Made by a program: the position numbers and the translations under genes | Shown here: one piece after another, positions 1 through 15,771 of the stretch | Numbering within the stretch: position 1 is the stretch's first letter | Layout: each line of letters opens with the position of its first letter | From: the human T2T-CHM13v2.0 reference genome, Homo sapiens | Direction: 5' to 3' (one strand) | Assembly: GCF_009914755.1 (NCBI RefSeq) | Contig: NC_060925.1 | Length of the DNA: 64,000 bases | The notes under the pieces: model-generated | What the model saw: the letters and a program-made list of their open reading frames with translations, nothing else | Told to the model about the DNA's origin: nothing | The model's database searches: none

Positions 1-189
1 AGGCGGAACAGCTTGGGGGTTTGCAGCATCAGACTTGAGCTGGAATCGGCCTTTACCCTCCTGGCACTCCAATGCAGCCCTCTCCTTAGCCTTGCCAGTG
101 TATCAGTTTAACCCATCTGCGATATGGGTATTGTCATAACGGACCCATTTCACTGGGCTGTTGGGAAAATAATGCATCTAATGCGCTTA

Positions 190-583
<394 letters not shown>

Positions 584-778
584 TGTAACAGGCGGCTTCA
601 TTTAGCACTTTGAAATTTGGATTTGGAAAGATTCAAGTTTGGATTTGGAAAGATTCAAGTTTGAATTTCAGCTTCCTGGTATGAGACTCTAGATCACAGA
701 CCATTTCCCTGAGTTTTAGTTTCCCAAAGTAAAATGAGTAAAATAAATGCATGCATAAAAAAAAGGGGGGGATAATGA

Positions 779-1150
<372 letters not shown>

Positions 1151-2990
1151 TCAGGAATGTCCTTTTTTCTTTATTTCCCTCCCTATTCAACCCACGACCC
1201 CACCTTACCAGGCAGCGCACAATCAGGGGGACAGGTTGAGATCCCATTGCTTTGGCATGGAGCATGGGGGTGATAAGAGGCTACACCTTCTTATGACCTA
1301 ATCCAAAAGTGAGGCAGATATGGGCTCCCAGGAGAGGGGCTGGGGATTGAAACTCCACCCCCAGCCTAAGGGTGGAGGTCCCTCTGATCTGAGAAGCAGA
1401 AGCCTCATGTGGAGAGGAAAAAGTGCTCAGAGGAGGAAAAACTGGCCCCATCGCCTCCACCTTCCATGAAAAAAAAAAAGCCTGCAGTTTTTAAAAACTG
1501 CCTGATGGCAAAGAGACCAAATGACCCCAGATCTAGAAAGAGAAACCAGAGGAAGGGTTCCTGGCTGCTCTTGCTTTCTGTCACTCTTTCCTCCTAAGAA
1601 GCTCCTCTTCTTAGCCCGCACTCTCTGAGCTAGAGACCTGGTCTCCTCTGCCTCCTCCAGGCTGCCAGCAGGACCCAGCTCCGCTAGGCCCAGGGACACT
1701 TAAAGGGAAGCAGAATTCAGGGGCCCGATGAATAGCGGTTTTGTCTGGGCTGCCTTTTAGGATCTGCGACTGCAGTGGTGGTGTGTTCTTTTTCCCTTTA
1801 AAGCGGAGTGTCTGCTGGCTCTCTCTCTCCTCTCTCTCTCCCCTTCCCCTTCTTATTGAGAATGCCCCCTAAAAAAAAAGACGCCAGCCTTCTGCTATTT
1901 TTCTTCTCTCTCTGAAAATGAGAACATCAGCTATTGAAGCGGATTGATGAACTCTTCCCAAAAGTTTATTAAGGGAAGGTTAGACAAAGGCCCCAGGGCC
2001 CGCAGGCGACTGAGCAGTCAGTATATATACTGGGCCCTTTTGTCCCCCCAGGGCCGACGCATGAATACCTCTCAATGGCCCTCTTTAGAGTGACAAGATC
2101 AAGCCAGACAACAGCTTGTTAAAAGGAACTGCGAGCTGTTTCTCTTTTTCCAGCCCAAAGCTCCGTCCATCACTTCTCCTGCATTAATGTACATCTGCAG
2201 CGGGAGGAATAATCGGCTGGAATTCTGTCGGTTTTGTGTGGGTTTTTCTTTTTTCTTAAATACACCCTTCTCCTCCTCTTCCCTGCCCCCACCTGCCCCT
2301 CCTCGCTCCTGCCCTCCCCCTCCCCCCACAAAGGTCCTGGAGCCATATGTTACTGAGCCCATCCTGGCTGTGTCTTCGAGGGACCCCAGGGTGGGTATTT
2401 CTGGAAGACAGCAAGAGAAGGGGGTTCTGAAGCTTCTGTTCCTTCCAGTGCATGCTTATAATAATCACCCCGTTTCCGAACACTTACTGTGTAGCAGGGG
2501 CTGGACTAGGGACCCAGGTGTACCATCGCCTCTGCAGACTTTTTCATCAAGGTAGGTGTTATTGGCCCCACATGATGGAAGGGAAAGTGAGGCAAGAGAG
2601 AAGTAACTTTCTCAGGGAATCATCTGGGATGCAACTCTAGGCCTGGCCCACTCTTGGGGGCTCACCCTGATTTTCAGCTGCTGCATGCAGGACAGGGGTT
2701 AAAGCCAAAAGCAAATCTTAGCCCCAGTTCTATGGCAGGCTTCTGCCCGGCTGACTATGGCTCAGGCAGCTCAGAGAGAATGTGTTCTGCAAGGAAGGTT
2801 TGCTGGTAGAAGCCTGACCCCAAGGACACGTGGCTGGGCAAGGTTGTAGGAGAGCTGGCTGGGGTTGACATTTCATAAACATGAAGTTGCCTTGGGAGAA
2901 ACCTTTCTTCATTATCAATGCTAAGGGAACCCTTGCTCAAACAAGCCAGGGTTATGCAAAACTCCAAAATTTCCTTCATTTGAGCTGGAG

Positions 2991-3192
2991 AGTGTGTGTG
3001 CATATGTGTGTGTGCATGCACGTATATGTGTGTGTGTACACATATGTATGTGTGTGTTGTGTGTGCATGCATGTGTAATGTGTGCATGCCTGTATGTATA
3101 TGTGTGTGCATATGTATTTGTGTGCATGCATGTGACTGTGTGCACATAAGCATGTGTGTGACATGTGTGTGTATGTGTGTGTCTGTGTGTGT
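2991..3192. repeat. Degenerate (TG/CA/TA)n simple repeat
   Basis: About 200 nt of tgtgtgcatg-like alternating purine/pyrimidine sequence. Confidence 0.93.
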
Positions 3193-5629
3193 ACTGCAGA
3201 TTCACTGTCCTAGTGAGTTTTGTTCTGTGTTTTCAGCTCCTGCACCAGATTAGGACCTTCTTTGAGAGCAAGGACCAGTCAACTACATTTTATTCTGCTT
3301 TGATCTCACCTATTTAGTGCCAGTGCAATACCATATGCAGAACAGGTGCTCAATAAATGCTCCCTAACTTGAGAACTTCTCTGAGACACCTGAGCAGGAA
3401 AGGGGAGGGGGCAGCCAGGCCTCTGCTGAGAATTGAAGGCAAGGCTTTCCCTCCCCCTCCTTTCCACTTCTCTTCCTCCCTCTCTCCCAATCCCACATCT
3501 GTCTTAATTTGGGTGCTACTGAGGGGGCCTGAAAAGGGAGTGTCCCTAATGATCATGGTGTAGAGAATTCCACCCATGCCATTTACCTTCACCTTCTAAG
3601 GAGCTTCCCTGCTAGCAGGGCCAGGGAGGTCATTTGTACTCACCTTCCCTGGTGGTTTTTCCCCTGGGGAAAGAGAGAGTGGAAAGGAAAGGACCTTAGG
3701 CAAGTAGCCAGGTGGAGGGAAAACTGCTCTTGCCTGAGAGGTGGGAACCCTGCCTCTGAGTCCTGGTAGCAGGCAACTGTCCCATTTGGCCTGGGACTTT
3801 CCTGGTTTTCCCACTGAGGGTCCCACATTCCAGAAAAGCCTTCAGTCCCAGGCAGACTGGGATTGTTGCTCACCCTACCCCCTGGCGTGTAAGGATCAAT
3901 CCCGTAGGTCCGTGGGGCTCAGGTACCTGTCACAAGGAACGGCCTCAACCTCCTCCCACCTTTGTTAAGGAATGGGTTGGAAGGGAAGAGTGACTGCAAA
4001 AGAATTGGGAAAAGCCCAGCGGGCCATGTGCTCGAGGACCTTACCCTTCGGCATCTGCCCCTTGCGTGGGGTGGTTGAGGGGAAGCATGGATGTAGGAGG
4101 TCGGAATTCGTCCACGTTTGTGGGTAGAATTGGAGCCCAGTGGCTGGAGCCTGGGGTGTCCTCCTTATCAACGCTCCCAAATTGGAGCCTCTGTCAGGGG
4201 AGGGGCCCCTAGGATAGGGCCAAATGGGCCTCCCATTTGGAGCTTGGCTCTTTGACTTAGACCAACTCAAGTTCGAATCCTGGCTCTGCCACTTGCTGGC
4301 TGGGAGGTTTTGGCCAAGTCATCCCCCTACCTGTGGAAGACAGGTGACACCACTCCAACCCAACTCTGCCCAGGACACAGCAGGCCTCTGACACACGCCA
4401 CATTCTTCTCTTCCTTTCTGCTCTTCTCTTCCCCTAGACACCTTATTTTTTCTGGCTTAAGGACAAAATTAGGAGGGAGGAAAACGGAAAATCCAGATGC
4501 CAAGTCCTTCCAGGGAAACCAAAGTGGGGGATGATTGAGGCCTGGGAGGTGGAGGGAGGGTTGTTGTGGAGTCATCATAATTTAAGAAATCTGCCTCCCT
4601 TCCACGCCCCAAGATGAGCATTACTATTTCATGGATGATTCAAGTCTAACTTCCCCCTAGGAAGGGCTGTGACCCCTGACCCCTGCAACCTGTATTTACC
4701 ACGTTCAAAAGCCCCTACTAGCCCCAGAGAGCTGACCTGAGCTGGGACCAAGGCACCAGGACTGGCAGGGCTATAAACAAGCCTGCCTCCTTGGGCTCAG
4801 GAATCCTGAGTGAAAAAACAGAAGGGGGCTCAGAGGTGGGGCCCAGTCCTGGCCTGTGAGCCAGCGGCTAAAGGGAGGGGAGAGAGGACTCACGGGGGTG
4901 GGGGACCTGGAGGATGAGTTAGGGGAGAAATGGGCACATAAGGAGCTATTTCCTCCCCTTGACCCTCGGTTTTCTTGGCTGTAAAATGGAGCAAAAGCTA
5001 CTTTGCTCGTTAGGGTTTTGTAAGGCTGAAGTGAAATAGTGAGTGTAAGGGCTTCAGAGTGCTAGAGGGGAAAGTAAAAAGCACACACGCATGCTAGAGC
5101 AGGGGGCATAGAATAGGGAGGGGGCCAAAGCATGGAGGATTAGACAGTTGACACGTGGTTGTTAGATGATCAGTAAATCTCTGTTGAGAAATAAATACCC
5201 AGAGCTTGGCTGAAACAGAACAACGTGGGTCCATCCCTGCCCTCAGAGGCCCCCTTGCTTGGTGGGGTAGACAGGCAAACAGATATCCCTCCCTTCAGTG
5301 TAAGGGTTGCCATGAGGAGTAGGGGGCATAGGGGCTGTGGGAGAGTCCCGCTTTGGGGTCCATGAGGTGGAAATGAATTCGTCTTTATTTTTTCAAACTC
5401 ACATTTCCTGTGCCTCTTTGCAGAAACTTTCTGATCTCTCCTCCCACCCCAAACTTGCCTTTGGTGTGTCCACGTCTCTTGGATTAGACTTTAATCCTCC
5501 TCCAGCTCCTTGATGGGCATGCAGAGGCTGAGAGGATCGAACTGGCCTTTCCCAGCACTTGCTCTGGGACTATCTGGAAGCCTGCACGCTAACTCAGCCC
5601 ACTGCCCCGCCCTGTAACTGCAGACAAGA

Positions 5630-5745
5630 AATGACCTCCATGAGCCTCAGTGTTCTCATCTGTAAAATAGGGCTAACAACACCCACCTCACAGTGTCGGA
5701 CAAAGCCACGTGTGGTGCCTGGCACACAGTAGGTGCTCAGAGTAT
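5630..5745 (+). mobile_element. MIR fragment (one of many, e.g. ~8220-8320, 9010-9240, 24040-24200, 43915-44070, 44410-44540, 55200-55400, 58320-58490)
   Basis: MIR core motif tgagcctcagt..ctcatctgtaaaat...gtgcctggcacacagtaggtgctca. Confidence 0.75.
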
Positions 5746-6614
5746 GGGCCTGGAGCCCATGCTGGCTTTCTGGCTGCAGCACACAAGAGCCTGGGCTCCC
5801 TCGGCCAACTGGGCCTGGCCTTTGAAGCTTAGTGTGGCTCCTTATTATGGCAATTAATTACCCAGGGACAATGGAGCACAGCCCTGCCCTCTGCCCGCGC
5901 CTTCCAGTGACAGGGGGTGGGCGGAGGGCGCCGGGAGGGGGAAGTTAAGCGGCTGCCTGTTTGTTTATGGGCACAGGAAGCTTTATTGGTTTTACACTCC
6001 AGCCTGTTCTGAAATCAAAGACGATTTCCAGGGAGCAGGTGGGAGTCAGCCACTTGGAGCTCAGAGAGTGGCTTTGTTTATTTTGGGGGCCCTGACTGAG
6101 CACAACCTGGTCTCTGCCTGCACCAGTGTCCTAGAGACCTGCTCTGGGGTTGGGCAACAGGAGTTGGTGCTTCGCTGGGGGTAGGGTGGGTGCTGGGGGG
6201 TTGAGGGGGGCGAGGAGGCAGCTCCTCCTGCAGGCCTGGGAGGAGAGGGAGCTTTGGTTTCCCAAAGCCTGGGGTGAGTGCTGCTGAAGTTATGTGACCC
6301 GGCCTTGGCCAAGCTACTCCTGCTCTCTGAGCTTTGGTGATCTTGCCTTCAAAACGGGCCTAAAGATGACCCCTGCCCCGGCAGTCTTGGAGAATGCGCG
6401 GGGCAATGCTCATTGGTGTGGTTCCATGAGGCGACCTTTCTGCAGTCCTGGAATTTGCAGTGCTCCTTTGTTCCTTCTTTAGTTCATTCATTCATTCATT
6501 CATTCATTCACTCATTCTCTCATCCTGTAAGAGAGCCTGTAGATTCACACTTCTACTTGGAATTAGAGAAAAGAAAGCTGGTTTCTCAAATTCAAAAACA
6601 TTGTATTAGTTCTA

Positions 6615-6954
<340 letters not shown>

Positions 6955-7410
6955 TGAAGGAATCACATATTATTGTGAAGAAAAAAAAAAAACCTCAAAC
7001 ACTAAAAGAATATAGAAAGTAAAAAAGCTTGTCAGCCTCTGCTTCCTACTCTCCAGAGTTAAATACAATGAATAACTTGGGAGTCTGATCTTCTAGATGT
7101 TTCTCCACAGAGAAACGGCACATCTATACATATGTTTATTTTGACAAAGTGGGATTGTGCAACAGACACTGCTCTGGACTTAATCAGTTAATAATGTGTC
7201 CAGGACATCATTTTCCGGAGGCTGGTTCCTTCTCGACACCTCGCCAGTGATGGGTTTTACCCATTGTTTTATCACCTTCAACCTGATGGTAGCTGAGCCC
7301 TGGGCTCATCACTTCCACCTGTTAACTGAGGAGCCATTGCTGTCCCCATTGTACAGATGATAAGACTGAGGGCCAGAGAAGCTGGATGATTTCTTCAGGT
7401 CTCCTGCTAG

Positions 7411-7874
<464 letters not shown>

Positions 7875-9370
7875 TGAAAGATACGTGGTATTGACATCTT
7901 CCCACAGGTCAGGAACAGTTATCACTTTAACATAGCCTTGAAGTTCAGGCCAGCTGCTACCAGCCCATGCCAGATGGCTTCTTAGTGCCACAGTCTTCCC
8001 TTTTCCCTCCCAGTGAGAAAGCACAGAGGTGAAATGGGGGCTTAGAAAGCCCCCACCCCACCCACTGGCCTTAATAAAGTGGGATTCCAGGGCTGCAATT
8101 CACTTTTCCAATCCAGGATCTTGAAACTCACAGCTCTCCCAGATCGTTGTACCAAGATTGGGACCTGGAGCTGAAAGAGCTTCTCCAGCAGACACTCCTC
8201 AGATGTCAGCTCTGGAAGCATCCAGTCTGACCCTCTCACTTTCACAGATGGATGGGCAGAGGCCCCAGGAAGGTTAAGTGACTTGCCCAAGGTCACACAG
8301 CTAATCAGTGGCAGAGCTGGGACAGATTCCCTTTTGTTGGAAAGATGATCTCGTGCCTCTGAGGCGGTAGTGACCTCTCTCCTGGCCCCTGTCAGCCTAT
8401 GGCCACATCTGAGTTTTTCCTTCCCAACTGTTGAAAGTCTTCCAAACCTCGGGGAGGCCGGGAGGCGTAACAAATGGGGAGCTGGTGACCTGGAAGAGGG
8501 AACACCATGCCTGGGGAAGGGGAGGGAGGAGGGCGAGGCAGCCACACGAAAGTCCAGTTACCAGGCTGTCACAGCACTCTCATTTGGTCAGCACTTTACA
8601 GTTTATGAAGCTTGTCCCAAGCTGTGATCCTCACAGCCCTCTATGAACTAGCCTTGTCATCCCTATTTTCCACATGGGGAAATCGAGAGGCTCAGAGGAT
8701 GACATCCGTTGCTCAGAGTCCCACAGTAAGTGATGGAATGTCAGATCTGGGGTGAGGCAGGGGCAGCTTGGGACCATCTAGTCCTATCCCCCCATTTTAC
8801 AGATCAGGAAGGTGAGCCCCCGAGAAGGGGAGGCTAGGAGCTCCCTGTTGTAATGCTCATTTCCCTAGACATATGCTGGCCTCCTGGGCATATGATGGTA
8901 AACCCCAAATCCTGAAGGGAGACTGGATGATGTGTTCCCTTTCCAGGGAGCGTGCTTCTTGACAGGGCCTAGTGGGAGACATTACCCTTTGGTTCCAGTG
9001 ATTCTAAACCTGGCAGTGTAGTGTGGTGGCTAATCTTGAGTCAGCTGGACCCAAGCTCCAGTCCTGACTCTGCTGTGTGTCCTTAGGAAGATGACATCTC
9101 TCTGTGCCTCAGTCTGCTCACGTGCAATATAGAGCTCCATTACAGGGTGGTTGAGTGGGTTAGATGATGTGATGTGTGCACACAGCTTAGCAGCGAGCCT
9201 GGGCACAGTAAGTGCTCAGTAAAGGTTAGCAGCTTATTATTATTTCTTAAATCAGGGCCTAGTGAGAGGGGTGGAGGATGTCCCAGCTCTCAACCTCAAT
9301 GGCCTTAACAACACACCTATGGCACATGACCTTCACAGGTCTCTAGCCAACCTGTGAAGGTGAGCAATGA

Positions 9371-10077
<707 letters not shown>

Positions 10078-10092
10078 TAGAAAAAAGAAAGA

Positions 10093-10240
10093 GGCTGGGC
10101 ATTGTGGCTCCAGCCTGTAATCCTAGCACCTCAGGAGGCTGAGGCAGGAGGATCGCTTGGGCCCAGGAGTTTGAAACCAGTCTGGGCAGCGTAGCTCCGT
10201 CTCAATAAAATAAGACTGCATCTCAATAAAAATAAAAGAA
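10093..10240 (+). mobile_element. Alu left monomer (FLAM-like)
   Basis: Single left arm followed by an A-rich tail. Confidence 0.85.
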
Positions 10241-11413
10241 AGGTGGTAGTTCATTTGCACCTCCTTTCCCCAGGCTGTGCCCATCTAATTCATTCTGTTT
10301 CAAAATCATCATTTAATTTAGAGGGGAAAAAAATAGCTCTGCAGACCAGGGCTGAAGGCCAACTCCAAACCTTGGGTCTGTCCCCCACCCCTTTGCACTT
10401 AGTGGCCTGGCTGTGGTCTAGGGGAGGCCCCGAACTTGCTGTGATCTGTGGGGACCTCATAGGCTCTCCAAAGAAGTTGTCAGGGAAGGAGGTGGCATAG
10501 TCCCTGCCACAGGCCCCAGAAAGGCTGATGGCACAGATGAACATACCTGCAAATGCCATAGTCTTCCTAATAGCTGCCCAGCAACATTTTCAGGGGTGCT
10601 AAGGGCCTGCGGTCAGCTTTGATCCTCTTAGCCCCCAATCTGAGTAAAGGTGATGCCAGCCAGTGATTGTGGGCAAAGGCTTTGGGGTGGGGGAAAGGGT
10701 TGATGGGGCCTGGAGGGTGACTGAGGGAGGCATCTAGCCAATCACAGAGCCCTGACACCACCCCATTGCCCGGCAAAGTCCTCGGGGTTCAACCCTTCAC
10801 CCAGGTGCTGTTTGGCTGCGCTCCACCTGGAGACAGGCTTTGAAAGTGAATTATTTGAAACTGAGGAAGTCAAGGCCTCGGGCCTCTCAGCATTCTCAGA
10901 GCAAACAAACTTTTGGCAAGTTCAGAGAAAAGGAAGTGGGATTGAATTTCCTCTTCGACTCACCTGGGGAAAAATTCAGACTGCTTGGTGGTGGGGGCAT
11001 CAGGGACCTGGCTCCAGGATAGGCTGAGGGAGTGGGGGTCCTCTGGGGTCATTGAGAAGGGTCCCTGAGACGCTCCGTAGCTTCTCCATAGCAGCTGGTT
11101 CTAGAGCTAAGGGCTACCAAGTTTGGACAGTTCTTCGTTTGGTCTGATTTCATTCCCTCCTGCTGCAGATCAAAAGACAGCTTCTCCCTTGCTCACCAGC
11201 TGAGTTGAGGAGTCAGGTTCAAGTCCTGACCCTAGCTGTGTGTGCTGTCAGATAAGCTGCTTTACCTCTCTGTGCCTTTCCTCATCTATAAAATTGGGGA
11301 AAATAATAATTGCCCCCTCAGAAGTTCTGGGCCAAGTGGAAAATTTTACAAGAAGGGAAGAGGTGGGGAGAAGTTTGTACAGTGGTTGGGTTTTGCCCGC
11401 ATCTTCAGAGAGT

Positions 11414-11519
11414 GGAAGGAAGGAAGGAAGGAAAAAAGAAGGAGAGAAGGAAGGAGAAAGGAAGGAAGGAAGGAAGGAAGGAAGGAAGGAAGGAAGGAAG
11501 GAAGGAAGGAAGGAAGGAA
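11414..11519 (+). repeat. (GGAA)n microsatellite
   Basis: 5 GGAA units (11414-11433), an A/G interruption, then 15 uninterrupted GGAA units (11460-11519). Confidence 0.97.
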
Positions 11520-12111
11520 GGAGCTTTGGTCTGCACACACCCCGGAGCAGCAGCCCGGTAAAAGCGGATCTTTCCCCAAGAAGCCAGATTCTCATAAAAC
11601 TACGGAGCGCCAGGAGGACAAATCACAGAAGGTAGATAGTGGAGGATGCGGTGGAGGGATTGAGATTAGACATAAGGAAACACAAACCTGTTAGTATCTA
11701 CAAGTCATGGAATCCTGGGTTTAAGGGGGTGGAAATTTGAGGGCCATTGAAAAGAACTCTACAAATGTGGTAGAGTCAGGGATATGGTGTCAATGACCTT
11801 CCTGCATCACACCCAGGAACTCTGGCCCACCTGCCTACTTATGTGGGATCCCTGTCCCTAAGCTAGCCTAACCAGCACTGGGGGTTGATGAAGGTCCAAT
11901 CTTTGCTTTCCTCATTCCCCAGCCAAGGCCAGTAGGACACATGCCCTCTCCCCAGCTCCCAATCCTCCCTTTCCTCTGAGGAATTAGCTACATGCCTCCC
12001 AGCTGAGCCATCAAAGGATGCTTCCTCTACATCCCAGTCTCCTAACCATGCTGCCTCTGGAACCGAGTAAAATATGGGAAACTTCCGGGCAAAACCCAGG
12101 AGCCCAGGAGC

Positions 12112-12280
12112 AGGGGTTCTCAGCCTTGGCTGCACACGAGATTCATATGAGGGAGCTTTCACAAATCCCAGTGCCCAAGATGCACCACAGCCCCATTAAA
12201 TCAAAATGGACAGGGGGTGGGGCAGTATTTTTTAAAGCTCCTTGAGTGATTCCAAGGAGCAGCCCAGGCTGAGAAGTTCT
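12112..12280. mobile_element. MER5-type hAT-Charlie relic
   Basis: caggggttctcagccttggctgcaca...gtgattccaaggagcagcccaggctgagaa resembles MER5 termini. Confidence 0.65.
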
Positions 12281-12488
12281 GGCCCAGAGTCAGAGCTGTG
12301 GATATTCCAGCCACATTAGATGCCTGAGCCACACCCTCTGAATTTCAACGTCCTGGCCCACACAAAGCAGGCACTGTCAGGATCATCTCACAGAGCTGTA
12401 AGGCAGGCAAGAAGAGAAAGCAGTGTGAGGCAGCAGTGCCTGGCACCTAGTAGGTGCTCAGTAAATGCTTGTTAAAAATAATAACAAT

Positions 12489-12812
<324 letters not shown>

Positions 12813-13913
12813 TCATTTTTGCAATGCCTACCTGGTACCAGATACTTTGCATGCATTCACATAAACTTTTCTCTGGACCTGAATGATTCCTGGGATTGGC
12901 ACCACATTTCCCAAGAGGAGGGCTGCCTTTGTCCTGGTTTGAGGCAGGCGGGTGTGTCTGGAAGCCCTGGAGCAGGACCCTGGCTGGTTCTTGTTTGGAC
13001 ACATCTTAGGTAACCTTCAGCAAACAGTGACTCAGCCGCCTTGGCTATAGATGAGTTCTTCCCAGGCCAGGCCTGGCTTCCTCAAGTTTCCTCCTGCAAC
13101 ATGTCAGGGCCCAGGAGGATGTGCTAAGCACCTGTGTTGGTTTTCCTTGGGGGCCCTTGGGAGGGATCGGGGGCCAAGGGACAGGGGTCTCTCCTTTCCT
13201 TCTGCTTTCTGAAGTGCTTGTTTTGCTGGAGCATCTTCCTGCCTGCTAGATGCTGGGGCTCAGAGAGGCAGAGTGAGCAGCCCAAGGGCACCAGGATTCA
13301 AACCTAGTCCTCAGTCTCTAAAGCTATATTCTGCTGGCAGCCTCTGGTTCCACATAGCAGGGGAGTAGAGGAGGAATCCATAGCCTCTTTAGAGCTCCAC
13401 AGCTGGTGTCCCGAGTCAGTGGCCTTAGGATTTAGCAAAAACAGTGACCATATGGTGGCACCCTCAGGAGATCTGCTGTTGGCCACCCCTTCACCCCTTA
13501 CTGATAAACCCCTAGAGTGTCTGAGAACCAGTCCCAGCTCCCTCACTGACTGCCGTGTGACCTCTAGCAAGTCACATTCCCTCTCTGGGCTCAGTATTTG
13601 CATCTGGAAGACAATGAGTTGGGACTAGGTTATCTCTCAGGTTGCTTCCAGCTTGAACCGACTCTTTTGATGCAGAGAGGATGTCTCAGACATTGGAGAC
13701 AAAGTCCGTACTGGGGGAAGCTGTCCCAAAAAGGAAGGCTGGTGCCTGCCCCAGACCTGAGTACAATCCCATACTCTGCTGCTTAGAAGCTTTGAGACGT
13801 GGACAGTAGCTTGGCCTCTCTGAGTTCTGGCTTCTTTATCTGCAAATGAAATGATAATGGTTGCAACATAGTTGTAATGGATAAAGGAGCTAATCCACAA
13901 AAAGCCCTTAATA

Positions 13914-14178
<265 letters not shown>

Positions 14179-15771
14179 TTAACAGCTCCTGGTACATAGG
14201 AAGCACTTTTTATGAGCTGAAATTATCACTGATGAGGATTTCTCTGCATCTTAGACCCCCTGCCTATAAATAGTACCTACCTTGTAGAGCCATGGCAAGG
14301 CTAAAATGAAACAGTAAGTGCCTGTAGCTTGGTGTCCAGCAAATGATCCCAACTATTGTAAAATCAATTATTTGCATGGGTGTGGCTGAGTCTCCTGTTT
14401 CCAACCCCCATCATGAGAGCAGAAACTAAGGAGTGGAGCATTGCAGGGCAGGATGGAGGTGGCTTTTGTTTGCCCTGCCCAGGGTGCCAAAGACATTCAG
14501 TTCCCAAAGTCCTGAGTGCCCAGGCCCAGGGGACCTGTCTGCGCCCCTCCCACCTCCTCGGCTGTGGCACTACCAGCCCTAGCCCAGGCCTTGTTCTCCA
14601 CTAAGCACCTCTCCACTCTCTTGCTTTCCCTCGGGCCTGAGCTCTCAACCCCTAATTCATGAAACCTGTTGACTCAGGGCCCAGACCTGCAGCCCCAGGC
14701 ATCCGTCCGTCAGTCTATCTGTCCATCCGTCACACCAGAAGCCTTGCTGGCCTCTCTCCAGGGCCTGGTCAGAGGGTGCCAGCCAGCCGGCAGGGGCTGC
14801 AGGCCATGGAGACGACAGCCCGGGCCCGTGCGAGTCCCTCCACCTGGCTCCTTGTCCCATCAGGCACCACTTAAGAGGATGTACCGTTACATGTAGAGGG
14901 CAAAGGCAGGGCTGGAGACGCCTTCAGAAATGGAAATGGGACCCATTTGTTTATAATTTACTCTCTGACACTTAACAGGAACCTGATGGGACCAATAAAG
15001 GCTCAGAACTCACCCAACTCCTGCCTCAAAAGTGCTGGAGCCGGTCCAGTTCTCTAGAGGCAAACACATCTCAAAGCCTGGCAAACCGCTTGGCTCCCAG
15101 CACCCCATACCCCCTCGCTCCCTCCCTCCTCGCTAAACTTTTGAAAGACCCCTCACTGTTCCCTAGCTCAGTGGGCCTGCCAGCCTTTCCAAGCTGTGGG
15201 GCAGGAAGGCAGCAGGACTTGCTTTTGAGGTAGAGAGGGGCCTAGAAGGCAATTCGGGAGAGGACTAGAATATTCTGGGCACAAGGTAGGCAAAGAGAGG
15301 GGGCCAGTGATGGAGGAGGAATCCAGTTTTCAATTTTCCTCAACAGAAAAATGAGTGCATGAGAGACAGAATAATTTTCCAGTGTGCAGGCCCTAAGTGA
15401 AACCTCCTTGAGACATTGTGAGTCATTAAAGAGGAGGAAAGAAAAGAAATGGTAAAATCAGTTTGCCTTTAGCAGAACTGTACAATGCACTCTTATTTCC
15501 AGGGGAATCTAATTAGAGGGCAGACAGCCGAGCCTGGAAGGGGAAGAAAGCCAGAGGTTGGGGCTGGGAGGCCCCAGTGGGCCAGGTGGGAGGAGGGTGT
15601 GATGGTGGAGGTTGGGCCCTGGGAGGACGACCTTGGAGAGACATATTCCCTCCCAGCATCTCGGAGGGCTCAGCAGGCCTGGATTCAAATCCTGAATCTT
15701 GGCCCTGCCTTATATCTTTGGGTTGGTGGCATAACCAGTACCTCCACTTTCTTCATTTTAAAATGGGAACA

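Noticed and set aside
2755-3253. His/Thr- and Cys/Val-rich ORFs
   Set aside because: Translations of the degenerate TG repeat.
11240-11694. EGRK/FLPS-repeat ORFs on both strands
   Set aside because: Translations of the GGAA microsatellite.
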